Origin: a virus
Reading direction: 5' to 3' (one strand)
IMG/VR virus record: IMGVR_UViG_3300009509_000008
Location: 24,032-88,031 of that record
DNA: 64,000 nucleotides
The position numbers and the translations under genes were made by a program. Shown here in pieces: positions 28,124 through 37,989 of the stretch (position 1 is its first letter; each line of letters begins with the position of its first letter). The notes below the pieces were generated by a model, which was not told the origin of the DNA, searched no databases, and saw only the letters and a program-made list of their open reading frames with translations.

Positions 28124-29308
28124 ATGCCAAGACCTCAGGGCAGCTCGAACATCAGGACCGGCCTTGGCACTGTTGTCATTGAAGAGGGCCGGATCATCAA
28201 CGTGGATATGGCCCACTGGACTGCCGATGTGCTGACCAAGAACTCACAACGTCAGCTCATAGACATGCAGTGGGCCAACCCATACTTCCACTTTGCTGGT
28301 GGGGAGGGCATCTACGTTATGCCTGAGGTCGGGGCTAGGGTTCAGGTGTGCATGCCGAGCGATAGCGCACCGTTCATAATGTGCTTCCTCACAGCGTTCG
28401 AGCGAGAATCCACAAATGCTCCCGACACGACTGGTGGTGCGCAGGCCAGCCTACAGCCAGACGATGCCGAGGGGGAGGGCGGGGTGCCCCGTGAGGTCAC
28501 GTATAGGTCGGGCCGTCCGAAGATGGAGCAGGGCGATATCATGCTGCGCACCAGGGATGGAAGCAGCGTGTGGCTTCATCGTGGTGGTGTTGTAGAGATT
28601 GGATCAACGCTCGTCTCTCGTAGATTCTACATCCCGCTGCTCAACTACATCAGAGATATCTGTGAGAACTACGAGCTCAAGAGCCTTGCTGGAGAGATGA
28701 GCTGGACTGTAGCTAGGTCTGATCAGAATGCCAGTGGCGACGCAGAGGCGGTATTCACGCTTGCCTCGAGGAACTTCGCTCAAGATGAATTCGCCTCGGT
28801 GTTCTTGCAGATTGGCCACGTAGATGATTCCAACCACCTCAAGCTCACGGTTGCCCCAAACAAGATCAATCCTGTGAGCGGAGAGGTGGACGGAGACCCA
28901 GTCTTCAGCCTCGAGCTCGACAAGGATGGAAACCTGACCACAACCATCGCAAAGGACGTCGAGACTACCGTCAGCGGTGAGCTGACTGAAACGGTGGAGG
29001 GGAGCGTTACCCAGGAGTTCAACAGTGATCACAAACTCACTGTTGGAGGAAGTCAGGAGGTCGAGGTGTCGTCTACGCACAAGCTGAAGGCGACATCAAG
29101 TACCGAGGAATTATCCGCTGGGAAGACGTTTGATTGTCAGAGCGTCAAGGCCGGCGCCGGCGCCATCTTTCCTGTGGTGATCATGTCACCAGCCATGATG
29201 GCCTACGTGATGTTCCACACACATCCGTCGCCCGCTGGACCGACTGGTCCTCCGAACGGTCCACCTCCGCAAGATGCGATAACTTCTAGCAAATTGAAGG
29301 CGGAGTGA
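28124..29308 (+). CDS. baseplate central spike (gpV/gp138-like)
   Basis: OB-fold motif GIYVMPEVGARV, beta-repeat region, C-terminal HTHP..GPTGPP HxH tip. Confidence 0.8.
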   Translation: MPRPQGSSNIRTGLGTVVIEEGRIINVDMAHWTADVLTKNSQRQLIDMQWANPYFHFAGGEGIYVMPEVGARVQVCMPSDSAPFIMCFLTAFERESTNAPDTTGGAQASLQPDDAEGEGGVPREVTYRSGRPKMEQGDIMLRTRDGSSVWLHRGGVVEIGSTLVSRRFYIPLLNYIRDICENYELKSLAGEMSWTVARSDQNASGDAEAVFTLASRNFAQDEFASVFLQIGHVDDSNHLKLTVAPNKINPVSGEVDGDPVFSLELDKDGNLTTTIAKDVETTVSGELTETVEGSVTQEFNSDHKLTVGGSQEVEVSSTHKLKATSSTEELSAGKTFDCQSVKAGAGAIFPVVIMSPAMMAYVMFHTHPSPAGPTGPPNGPPPQDAITSSKLKAE

Positions 29309-29595
29309 TGGCACTAGACGCAGCAACACTGGCTACGATCATTACCGTAAAGTACAAGGCGAAGATGAGAGCAGCCTTCCCTGATGAGCTAAAGGGAGGT
29401 ACTGTAACTCAGATCCCAAAAGAGGACGGTAGTGTAGAATATAACCTAGAGGAGCAGAGAGGCCCGATCGAGATCGACGAGGAGGGCTTCATGCCGTTGG
29501 CCGAGGCGATAGCTGAGGCAGTGGTAGAACACTTGAAGGCCAGTGGGACGATCGCAAACATCACCACTGGAACGAGTACAGGGAGGATCACATGA
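29305..29595 (+). CDS. small protein following the spike
   Basis: Overlap-coupled on both sides. Confidence 0.6.
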   Translation: MMALDAATLATIITVKYKAKMRAAFPDELKGGTVTQIPKEDGSVEYNLEEQRGPIEIDEEGFMPLAEAIAEAVVEHLKASGTIANITTGTSTGRIT

Positions 29596-31604
29596 CTCAG
29601 CCGCTTTTCATCAGCACTGATTTGAGGTACGAGAAGACGGCTGCGAGTGAGGCGAGGCTCTCAGAGAACGCCGACACGTGGCCAGAGGAGCTCATGCAAG
29701 AGCTCAACAAGCAGCATCCGTACATGGGAGACTACGACACGTCTCCTGTGATGGTCGAAGTAGACGGCGATCGAGGCTATGGGCTCGGCTACTTCGAGGT
29801 CCAGAACAAGACAGCCAGAAACGCCCTCGGCCCTGGGGGCGAAGCTCTGAAGTCCATGGAGGGAGTTCAGGGTATCCGGGTTCCGATCGTCATCAAGGAG
29901 AGCACCCTCAAACCACTCGATGTCTTCTTCGCTCCTGACAAGACGGCTCAGCCCCTGAGTGAGGAACGACTCCGTGCTGCGCTGTATCGACCTCAGATGT
30001 TCGACACCACCGCCCACAAGCCGCCCGGAGTGTCTCTCGTCGACCAGCTCTATCCTCCGAGCTCGGGCAGCAGGGTGATGGGAGTTGGCTCGGTCATCGA
30101 GCACCCCAACATCAAGACGAGCTCGAGGAAGCCCAAGCTCATCATGCCCTCGCTGGCGCACACTATCTCCAGGAGCGACATCGAGGCGGTGAAGGGGGAG
30201 ATGAACAAGGAAGCAAACCTTCTGCCAGCGCTCCTCAACAACGAGAACACACTTCCTTTCGTGGAGCTCCTGTCCAAGGTGGAGCCCACTACGGCGGAAG
30301 ATGTGGCCAAGGTCGCCTCGAGGTCAATCAAGGCTGACACCATTCAGGTGCGTCGAGCTGGTGAAGTCTACATCATCAAAAGAGCGAACTCCCAGATGTT
30401 TGCTCCGTCAGAGACAGAGGCAGATCGCTTCACCACAGAAGAGCAGGTTGGCCAGGACATGGTCACCGCCGCTGATCAGCTTGGGGCCGTTACCGTGTCC
30501 ACAAACCCTGCGGTTCGTGAGACGGCCGAGGACGAGCGCATCGAGTCGGTGAAGCGCTTCGGGTACTACAGGGTCAAGACCTCTGACGGAAAGGAGCTCG
30601 TTGGGTGGGTGTTCCCTACCGTCCTCGACTACGACGGGACCTCTCTCCCGATGATGATCTTTACGAATGGGGCCGTTGGATCGATTCAGCCGGAGATCGT
30701 TGGATCGTTCGCCGGCCAGCACACCAACATCATTCGTGGAAAGCCAGAAGGTCATGGATTCTTTTACCGTGTTACCGACAACGGCAGCGTGGTTGCCTTC
30801 ATCCCCTCTGAATGCAAAGGCGCTTTCCGTGATGAGAGCGGCATGGGATATGTGGTCGAGTCTCTTGGCGGAGACTTCGTCGGTCGTGTGCGTCCCGTGC
30901 CAGGATTCGAGGGTATCCAGGAGATCGGAGAAGGAGAAGTCGCTATCCCCGGCGATGTGAGGTGGGCTCCACTCGAAGAGGGGGTTGACCTCATGGACGA
31001 TCCGGAGGTCTTTGCGAAGACTGCCGAGTTGAAGCATCACCGTAATACCGTCCGAATCATCTCAGACGGGAGCGTGTGGAGCTTCCAAGGTCCCCCTCTA
31101 CGAAAGCTCGCAGCCGATCAAACGAGCAGCCTCAACGCTGCCGATGCGCACTTCCTAGCTGTCACCCTCGGCATGGAGTCGAGCTTCGCTGCGGGCGAAC
31201 TCATCAAGGCGGCCAGGAAGGGTGAGGCCTTTGTTCGTGGGTGCCGTGAGATCAACACTCCGAGAGAGAAGATGGCTGAGGCTATGACCGAGGCCCAGAA
31301 GCTCATGAAGTTGGTCCCAAAGAAGCACCTCCTTTGGAAGGAGGCAGCCTCTCTCCAGGACGTAACAACCGTGGACAAGGTTCTCTCGATTGGGTTCATC
31401 AATCCGGAGAACATCCAGATGTTCGTCGAGTTCATTCCGGACTTCGAGGAGACCATCCAGAATCTGGCACAGCTTCTGATGGCTACACGGATGGGCATGC
31501 CAGACCTTCCGGAGACGGCGATCAAGAACTCGATGGAACGTCTCGATGAGGTACTCGGCGGGCTAAAGAAGCTCGTGTACCGCACGGAAGTACCAGAAGC
31601 GTGA
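29592..31604 (+). CDS. large putative head protein with KxA motifs
   Basis: EKTAA, IKTSS, NKEAN, AKVAS, AKTAE, RKLAA, EKMAE, WKEAA. Confidence 0.7.
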   Translation: MTQPLFISTDLRYEKTAASEARLSENADTWPEELMQELNKQHPYMGDYDTSPVMVEVDGDRGYGLGYFEVQNKTARNALGPGGEALKSMEGVQGIRVPIVIKESTLKPLDVFFAPDKTAQPLSEERLRAALYRPQMFDTTAHKPPGVSLVDQLYPPSSGSRVMGVGSVIEHPNIKTSSRKPKLIMPSLAHTISRSDIEAVKGEMNKEANLLPALLNNENTLPFVELLSKVEPTTAEDVAKVASRSIKADTIQVRRAGEVYIIKRANSQMFAPSETEADRFTTEEQVGQDMVTAADQLGAVTVSTNPAVRETAEDERIESVKRFGYYRVKTSDGKELVGWVFPTVLDYDGTSLPMMIFTNGAVGSIQPEIVGSFAGQHTNIIRGKPEGHGFFYRVTDNGSVVAFIPSECKGAFRDESGMGYVVESLGGDFVGRVRPVPGFEGIQEIGEGEVAIPGDVRWAPLEEGVDLMDDPEVFAKTAELKHHRNTVRIISDGSVWSFQGPPLRKLAADQTSSLNAADAHFLAVTLGMESSFAAGELIKAARKGEAFVRGCREINTPREKMAEAMTEAQKLMKLVPKKHLLWKEAASLQDVTTVDKVLSIGFINPENIQMFVEFIPDFEETIQNLAQLLMATRMGMPDLPETAIKNSMERLDEVLGGLKKLVYRTEVPEA

Positions 31605-32521
31605 CGGAAGACCTTGCCATCGTAGCTGCTGGAACTGTTCCAACTCGGGTACGGGATGAGAGCCCCGCCAAGTACTGGATCAAATTTCTTCTATCCCGAG
31701 GCAACCACACGTGCGACGACATAGACGTGCTGCTCACAACCATACAGCTGGGCGGGGTAGACGCCGACTACATCAGAGCTGTCAAGGCTCGTATGGATCC
31801 TCCAACAGACTTCCAGCCGACAAACCTCCAGCATAGGGCTAGCCAACAGTTCCTTCGTGACGAGGAGATCTACGAGGCGTGGCACAGGACCGCCGCATTC
31901 AATGAAGCGTTCGACATACTCGGTATGGGGGAGGTCAGGGCGCTCGTCGAGACCTACATCCTCTCTCCCCTCCGTACGTACCAGGCTGTGAAGAAGATTC
32001 GTGCGAAGACCGGCGTGAGCATCAGCGACAAGGCATACGATATATTTGAGCACTACTGGTGGAACAGATCACTCATGAGTGGCGCCGAGTGGGGCGACTA
32101 CATCATGCGAAGAGATGTTGCCCACCAGGAGTGGTTGCAGCTGGCTGTGCACACGCAGGGTGCGTCAGGCGCCCAGATGATCATGTGGAAGACGGGCAAC
32201 CAGGCTCGTGTCCACGTTGACTCTGGTCGCATCTTCAAAGACATGCGAGACGTAGCTTACCTGTGTTTCATGCAGAGAGCCCAAGACTTTCCGTCGGTCG
32301 AGCACTCGAAGGCCCTGCTGAACTACGCCAGAACAGCTGCTCTGGCTCAGCAGCAACTCGACGCAAGCTCCAACGCAATGCTAGACATCGTTGAGCACTT
32401 CAACCAGTTCAAGATGAGACGGGTTGAGGTGAAGACCCCTTCTATCCAGCAGCTTACGAAGGGCAACTACTCCGAAGCTGAAGACCACGCTGGAGACAAA
32501 GAGAAGCTCGGAGATTACTGA
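31601..32521 (+). CDS. hypothetical protein
   Basis: 306 aa, GTGA overlap with upstream stop. Confidence 0.7.
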   Translation: MTEDLAIVAAGTVPTRVRDESPAKYWIKFLLSRGNHTCDDIDVLLTTIQLGGVDADYIRAVKARMDPPTDFQPTNLQHRASQQFLRDEEIYEAWHRTAAFNEAFDILGMGEVRALVETYILSPLRTYQAVKKIRAKTGVSISDKAYDIFEHYWWNRSLMSGAEWGDYIMRRDVAHQEWLQLAVHTQGASGAQMIMWKTGNQARVHVDSGRIFKDMRDVAYLCFMQRAQDFPSVEHSKALLNYARTAALAQQQLDASSNAMLDIVEHFNQFKMRRVEVKTPSIQQLTKGNYSEAEDHAGDKEKLGDY

Positions 32522-32529
32522 GGAGACTG

Positions 32530-32991
32530 GTGATGGAAAACAAGCCACACGTCAGCGAGGATCGGAAGAAAGAGCTCTTCCGAAAGATGGGCATAGACGA
32601 AGTCGGTGGAACGGCAGCGGTAGATCTCAAGGTGTTTGAGATCGGTCACCTTCACACGGAGTATATCTGTGATGAGGGTGACCTGCTCATGCACTTCTTC
32701 TGGAGAAAGCCGCCACCGAAGGGAGCACCACCGGTCCGTGACCCAGGAAACGGAATGCCGCTGCAGGACAACTATGCTCCGTGGCCTCACGGATTCCGAG
32801 AGAGGCTGTGGTCTAGCACACTCGAGACGTTCAAGCTCATGGATGAGAAGCATCGAGTCGAGCTCGAGTGGATCTCTGAGTTCCAGAGCTGGTGTGTCTT
32901 CGTCAGAGGCGTCGCCAAGATCATCACCCCTCCTCAGCCCATGCTCGTCAAGCTTGCTACAGAGTCTATTGGACCAGAGCTCGATAACTAG
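32530..32991 (+). CDS. hypothetical protein
   Basis: RBS GAGGAG. Confidence 0.65.
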   Translation: MMENKPHVSEDRKKELFRKMGIDEVGGTAAVDLKVFEIGHLHTEYICDEGDLLMHFFWRKPPPKGAPPVRDPGNGMPLQDNYAPWPHGFRERLWSSTLETFKLMDEKHRVELEWISEFQSWCVFVRGVAKIITPPQPMLVKLATESIGPELDN

Positions 32992-33028
32992 CTAAGAAGA
33001 ATGCCAGGTGGTGGGACTTAGTCCTGGC
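32991..33028 (-). terminator. hairpin + TTCTTCTTAGC
   Basis: GCCAGG-N14-CCTGGC then ATTCTTCTTAGC. Confidence 0.5.
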
Positions 33029-33236
33029 AGGGATGCTCGGCCGGCTGGCAGTTGAGCTCTCTCAACCGGCCTTGCAGGTGGTAGTCATCGATCATCCCAA
33101 CCACTCGGGACGATGACGTGCTGAGGTAGGCTCCGCACTCCGGGCAGCGGTACTCCTTCTTTCCGAGAGCCATGTGGAGCATCTGCCCGTCGTTCGGACA
33201 GTTCTCTGGCTCATATTGGTACGTTGAGTTCTCCAT
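33018..33236 (-). CDS. small Zn-ribbon protein
   Basis: RBS AAAGGAGG; CPND...CPEC. Confidence 0.65.
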   Translation of the reverse strand: MENSTYQYEPENCPNDGQMLHMALGKKEYRCPECGAYLSTSSSRVVGMIDDYHLQGRLRELNCQPAEHPCQD

Positions 33237-33549
33237 CGTCTGTGGGCTCCTCCTTTGTGGCCCGTAGAGCCAAGACGAACCCACTGGGATCGGCACGGAG
33301 ATGGATCAACTCGTGCGTACCAGCGGCCTTCACCTCGGCCTTGAGTGTTTTGTAGATCAGCTTGAATAGTTTCTCAGGTTGGTGGTGCGGCTGGAGCTCC
33401 ACCCGAATGGAGTAGAGCTCGAGCTCTTCCGGACTGAACTCAAGCTCGTGCTTCATACAGCACCAGCCTTTACTCCGAGAGGTCAACTCGGAGCGCACCA
33501 CCAAACTGAGCCGTCGAACGACGGCTTCAAGATCAAGCGACTTTGACAT
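33211..33549 (-). CDS. hypothetical protein
   Basis: GGAGAAGG before ATG 33549. Confidence 0.5.
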   Translation of the reverse strand: MSKSLDLEAVVRRLSLVVRSELTSRSKGWCCMKHELEFSPEELELYSIRVELQPHHQPEKLFKLIYKTLKAEVKAAGTHELIHLRADPSGFVLALRATKEEPTDDGELNVPI

Positions 33550-34402
33550 CCTTCTCCGCCACCAGATCCACACCCAGACCACTGCCGACTATTCGGTCTC
33601 GGATTGCCATTGGAATTGACATTCCGATTCGGAACTTGTCTTGGTAGTCGAGTGGAACCCATGGTTCCTCCTGCGTATAGAGGATCATATTCGACACCGT
33701 CCGTTCGAGGTCCTCGATGTGCACGGACAGCGCCGAGCACAGGTCTCGTATAGGTGTGTCCCTCCTGGGCTCACCCTCTTTCGGTGGCGGATCAGTGTCG
33801 CCCTCGAAGCGTACGTTTCGCTCCCACGATCCCCGCTTGTTCCACTTCGCAATGTCAAAGACCACCGGCCGTACTGGCCTGTTTGCCGTTCGGCCATCCC
33901 TGGTCTGAACCGTGATGAAGTTCGGAGGGACTAGCCATCCGGCGGCTGACGTGCCTTCGATGAGCAACAGCAGGTTCAGGTCTTCTCCCGCTCGCTTCTC
34001 ACTCTGCTCATCAAGCGAGATCCATCTGGCACCATGGAACGTCATGGCTGCGTTGAATCTTCTGTCCTGCATAAAATCACAGAGCTGCATCATATGATCT
34101 GCTCTGCGAATAGATCCCCTGGGCAGCTCGTTATCTTCCAGGTCGCCGAAGAGCCAGGTCGCCAGCTCGATTCTGGCCTTCTTCTCTGTCTCGTCATTGA
34201 TCTGTTTAGCCGATCTTGTTTCTTTCACTCCTTTCTCCTCCATCTCTTGTCGCTCCTCAGCGAGGATGGAGAGCTTGAGATAGGTCAAGTTGATCTTGAC
34301 CCATATCGGTGTCTCGTCGAATCGTTTTGCCAAACCATTCAACTTACTGATTGTTACGGACTTTGTTTTTACCCCCTCGATCGGGGTACCTTTTTCACCC
34401 AC
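33533..34402 (-). CDS. hypothetical protein
   Basis: RBS AGGAGGT before GTG; 289 aa. Confidence 0.7.
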   Translation of the reverse strand: MGEKGTPIEGVKTKSVTISKLNGLAKRFDETPIWVKINLTYLKLSILAEERQEMEEKGVKETRSAKQINDETEKKARIELATWLFGDLEDNELPRGSIRRADHMMQLCDFMQDRRFNAAMTFHGARWISLDEQSEKRAGEDLNLLLLIEGTSAAGWLVPPNFITVQTRDGRTANRPVRPVVFDIAKWNKRGSWERNVRFEGDTDPPPKEGEPRRDTPIRDLCSALSVHIEDLERTVSNMILYTQEEPWVPLDYQDKFRIGMSIPMAIRDRIVGSGLGVDLVAEKDVKVA

Positions 34403-34432
34403 AGTGACCTCCTGGCTAAGGGTGATCTCCTC

Positions 34433-34447
34433 TAGAGCACTTATAGC
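34433..34447 (-). promoter_or_regulatory. putative phage promoter (ATAAG class)
   Basis: GCTATAAGTGCTCTA. Confidence 0.6.
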
Positions 34448-34482
34448 CTTGCCTAGATCATAATTGTGGTAAGGTACTGTAG

Positions 34483-36318
34483 ATGTTCACCTCGACGACC
34501 ACAGCACACGAGTCGATATCATACAGCCTGTATCAGAGGGCGAGCGCAGCTGTTGCCAGAGAAGTCTACGATCAGCAGCTTGAAGAAGATATCGACCTAT
34601 TCATGGATGAGGACGAGGAGCTCGAGCTACAAGAGCTGGCTGAGATAGACGCCCTCATTGACGAAGACTACACAGACTTGCGGAAGAAGGCGCAGCACGA
34701 TGTGTTGCCCTCTGAGTTCACAGAGTTCTCGATCAAGATACCCATTGCAGGTCAGCTCCATCCGTTCTCGTTTGATGGACGTGAGTATCTAAAGCCCATC
34801 TACGACACATCCTCGAGGAGGATTCTCCTCAAGTGCGGAAGGCAGACCGAGAAGAGCACCACGCTGGGCAACAGGACCTTGGCTTACTCGGCCATCAATA
34901 TGGCGTTCAGGACCCTATTCGTCAGTGCCACTGCCCAGCAGGCCCAGGTATTCTCTGTCGACCGAATCAAGGACCCACTCGAGCTCTCCCCCGAGTTGCA
35001 GCAGCTCACCGACAGCAAGCTCAACCAGAACGTCTTCTTCAAGCAGTTCCGCAATCGCTCACAGATCAGGATCAGATACGCATTTCTCTCCGCTGACCGT
35101 ACCCGTGGTATCCCAGCTGACCTCATCAACATCGACGAGATCCAGGACATCATCACGGAGAATATCCCGGTCATCGAGCAGTGCGCATCCCACTCCTTCT
35201 GGAAGATCTTCTGCTACTCCGGAACTCCGAAGAGTCTGGACAACACGATTGAGATCTATTGGTCGGACTTCAGTACCCAGAACGAGTGGGTCGTCCCATG
35301 TCGTAGGCACGGCACGCCCAAGAGACCAGAGACCTGGCACTGGAACATCCTTGGTGCACGGAACATTGGAAAAGAAGGACTGATCTGCTCGAGGTGCGGC
35401 AGTTCGATCAGCGCACAGGATCCGGACGCTCAGTGGGCGTCAATGCAGCCAGTCAGCGTCGACAACCAGCATCGTGTCACGTTCGAGGGATATCGTATTC
35501 CCCAGATCATGGTGCCCTGGGCTGACTGGTCAGAGATACTCACAGCGAGAGAGCACTACCCGACTGTCCAGTTCAACAACGAGGTCCTGGGTCTCAGTTA
35601 CGACTCCGGAGCTCGACCACTCACTCGAGCCCAAGTGAAGGCAGTCTGTCGTCCAGACATACACTTTGCGGACGTAGAAGAGCTTGCCAGGAAGTGCCAC
35701 GGTCACGTCTTTGCTGGTATCGACTGGGGCACTGGGGAGGCAGCGTCGTGGACGGTCGTTGCGCTCGGTGGGTATATGGATCACGGGTTCCAGATATTCT
35801 TCATGCACCGATTCACTGGTGATGATCTCGAGCCAAGACTACAGCTGGACAAGCTGGTCCGTCTTCTGGTCAAAGTTCGATTCACGTTGATCGGGGCAGA
35901 CTACGGTGGCGGCTTTGACCGGAACGATTGGCTGATGCGTAACTTTGGACCGCAACGCCTCTTCAAGTTTGCATACTCAGCTCAGCCAAAGCAGAAGGTG
36001 AAGTGGCAACCTACCCTAGGTCGATTCATCCTACACCGCACAGAGATCATGAGCGACATCTTCAACGCAATCAAAGCGAAGAAGATATGGCTGCCCAACT
36101 GGGAGGAGATGTTCAACCCACACGGAGAGGACCTGCTGAACATCTTCTCCGAGTTCAATCGACAGCTAAGAATGATCCAGTACAAGAACAGCCCCGGCAA
36201 AGCCGACGACTCGTTCCACGCAATCTTGTACTGCATCCTCGCCTCTATGCTTATCAAGCCCAGACCGGACCTACTCATCCCAACGCACGCTGAAGACGTG
36301 AGCTTCGATACGAACTGA
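34483..36318 (+). CDS. terL: terminase large subunit (lambda GpA-like)
   Basis: KCGRQTEKST, RTRGI..D...IDEIQD, YSGTPK, EWVVPC...CSRCG, FNNEVLG, AGIDWG, DDSFHA. Confidence 0.92.
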   Translation: MFTSTTTAHESISYSLYQRASAAVAREVYDQQLEEDIDLFMDEDEELELQELAEIDALIDEDYTDLRKKAQHDVLPSEFTEFSIKIPIAGQLHPFSFDGREYLKPIYDTSSRRILLKCGRQTEKSTTLGNRTLAYSAINMAFRTLFVSATAQQAQVFSVDRIKDPLELSPELQQLTDSKLNQNVFFKQFRNRSQIRIRYAFLSADRTRGIPADLINIDEIQDIITENIPVIEQCASHSFWKIFCYSGTPKSLDNTIEIYWSDFSTQNEWVVPCRRHGTPKRPETWHWNILGARNIGKEGLICSRCGSSISAQDPDAQWASMQPVSVDNQHRVTFEGYRIPQIMVPWADWSEILTAREHYPTVQFNNEVLGLSYDSGARPLTRAQVKAVCRPDIHFADVEELARKCHGHVFAGIDWGTGEAASWTVVALGGYMDHGFQIFFMHRFTGDDLEPRLQLDKLVRLLVKVRFTLIGADYGGGFDRNDWLMRNFGPQRLFKFAYSAQPKQKVKWQPTLGRFILHRTEIMSDIFNAIKAKKIWLPNWEEMFNPHGEDLLNIFSEFNRQLRMIQYKNSPGKADDSFHAILYCILASMLIKPRPDLLIPTHAEDVSFDTN

Positions 36319-36324
36319 TGACCA

Positions 36325-36401
36325 GGTAAGAAGGAACCCCGAGGTCCCTGGCGGCGGGCTGACCTTTCGGTCAGGCGCACAGGGATAGTTCCTCGGGTTC
36401 C
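36325..36401 (-). terminator. long compound hairpin + TTCTTACC
   Basis: Nested stems GGAACCC.GAGG/CCTCGGGTTCC, TCCCTG/CAGGGA, CTGACC-TTTC-GGTCAG (plus-strand reading). Confidence 0.65.
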
Positions 36402-36441
36402 GTTACAGACGTTGGGTCGGACCAGATCGAATCGCCGATGG

Positions 36442-37074
36442 CTACTTGGATGCGGCCCTTCGACCTCTCTTCGTAGCCGGCTTGGCTTTTGGGGTCTTGA
36501 CCTTCTCGACAGCGACTCCATCGTTGATGCTCTCGATTCTCGTGACGAGAACCTCGAGCTTCTCGGTGGCACTGTCTACCACCTTGCGAGCGAACTGGGC
36601 ATCGGCTTTCGCTTCTGCCGCCTGCTCGGCTACGGCATCGAGGTCACCGATTGCTGCCTCGAATGCCTTGCGCTCCCTCTGCTGCTCAGTGCGAAAGACG
36701 CTGAGCGAGTCACGCAGTTTCATCTCGGCAGCCTTCTCGCCCCGAAGCTGGTACACCTCGGCGACCTCGGCAATCAAATCGATGAAGCGCCGGTTGTCCG
36801 CCTGGTTGGCGAACCACTGATAGGTCTCTTCCATACCGAGACCTAAAGCTGCAGCGCCGGCTCCCACCAACCACCTCCACCATCCGATGCCGAAAAGGGC
36901 ACCGGACCCGAAGAAGCCACCGACGGCGCAAGCGGCTGTGGTGAGAACGCCGATGATGATACGCCGGGGCCAATTGGGCCTCAGCGCCGCCATGATCTGG
37001 AGAACCTGCTCCTCGGAGACGGGTTCGGTGGGTTGGTTGGGGGTGGGTTGGTTGGTTTGAGTTTGATCAGTCAT
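36442..37074 (-). CDS. membrane protein (2 TM) with coiled coil
   Basis: RBS GGAGG; two hydrophobic segments, then a coiled coil and basic tail. Confidence 0.75.
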   Translation of the reverse strand: MTDQTQTNQPTPNQPTEPVSEEQVLQIMAALRPNWPRRIIIGVLTTAACAVGGFFGSGALFGIGWWRWLVGAGAAALGLGMEETYQWFANQADNRRFIDLIAEVAEVYQLRGEKAAEMKLRDSLSVFRTEQQRERKAFEAAIGDLDAVAEQAAEAKADAQFARKVVDSATEKLEVLVTRIESINDGVAVEKVKTPKAKPATKRGRRAASK

Positions 37075-37127
37075 TTTATCCTCCCTGGCCAGGGTTTATG
37101 GGGGGCGTAATTGCCCCGAATCACACT

Positions 37128-37142
37128 CAAAAATCTTATGCC
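37128..37142 (-). promoter_or_regulatory. putative phage promoter (ATAAG class)
   Basis: GGCATAAGATTTTTG. Confidence 0.6.
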
Positions 37143-37167
37143 AAGAGAATGCTCTAATTTTGACTAT

Positions 37168-37911
37168 TTAGATGGGTCGGAGGTGACCCTGTCTTCCGGA
37201 GGCTTTTAGCTGCTTTGCCATGTCGTCAAACATGTCAACGTCGTTCGAGGCGAGCTCAGTCAGGAGGTCACGACTTGTTCCAGAGTCACCGTGGGCATGT
37301 ATGAAGAACATGGCTATGCTGCGCATGTTCGATCTGCCGATGGCGAAGAGCTCGAGGACTCGTTGCAGATCAAGATCGGTGTCTCTGTCTGGGTGGTCTC
37401 GTACGTAGAGCGTGGTTTTGATCAGAAGCTGATAGAATGGTTCCCACCCTGTGGTGGTTTCGAGAGCCCTGTTGATGAGTTCGATCTCTGCTTCCGTGAT
37501 CAGCATGAAGATCTCGCAGAAGCTGAGTAATCGATCCGTGGGCCACTCGTCGTACTCGAGGTTCTTGACCATGGAGTTGTGAAGATGTGCGAGCTGTCCG
37601 GGGCTCATCTTCGAGAACCGTGAGGCCGACATGCGATTGATGTCGAACAGCATATTGATAGAGCTCTCGAGGCGCTCTACCTTTGCTTGAAGAAGTCGCA
37701 TCTCGTGAATGAGCTTGGCGGCCGGTAGCTCGTCTGCCATTCCGAGTCTTTTGATGGCCTCAACGTCAGCTCCGTCGACGAATAGCTCTCCCTCGACCTC
37801 TCGATACTTCATCAGGCCACGTCTTGCGATCCGCTCGACACGAGACTCTGAACAGCCCAAGATTTGAGAGGCTGCCGCAACGTCAATGAATCCTTGGGGG
37901 TTGCTTCCCAT
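37168..37911 (-). CDS. HTH (excisionase/MerR-like) DNA-binding protein
   Basis: FIDVAAASQILGCSESRVERIARRGLM followed by a coiled coil; TGCTACTAT upstream. Confidence 0.7.
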   Translation of the reverse strand: MGSNPQGFIDVAAASQILGCSESRVERIARRGLMKYREVEGELFVDGADVEAIKRLGMADELPAAKLIHEMRLLQAKVERLESSINMLFDINRMSASRFSKMSPGQLAHLHNSMVKNLEYDEWPTDRLLSFCEIFMLITEAEIELINRALETTTGWEPFYQLLIKTTLYVRDHPDRDTDLDLQRVLELFAIGRSNMRSIAMFFIHAHGDSGTSRDLLTELASNDVDMFDDMAKQLKASGRQGHLRPI

Positions 37912-37989
37912 TCGATCCTCTATATGCTAAGTTTGATAGTAGCACAGGCGAGGTTTATCTAAAGGACGAATGATCGCTCCCGAAAACGA

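Noticed and set aside
36165-36172. TTCTTAGC motif on the minus strand inside terL
   Set aside because: No obvious preceding hairpin; likely chance
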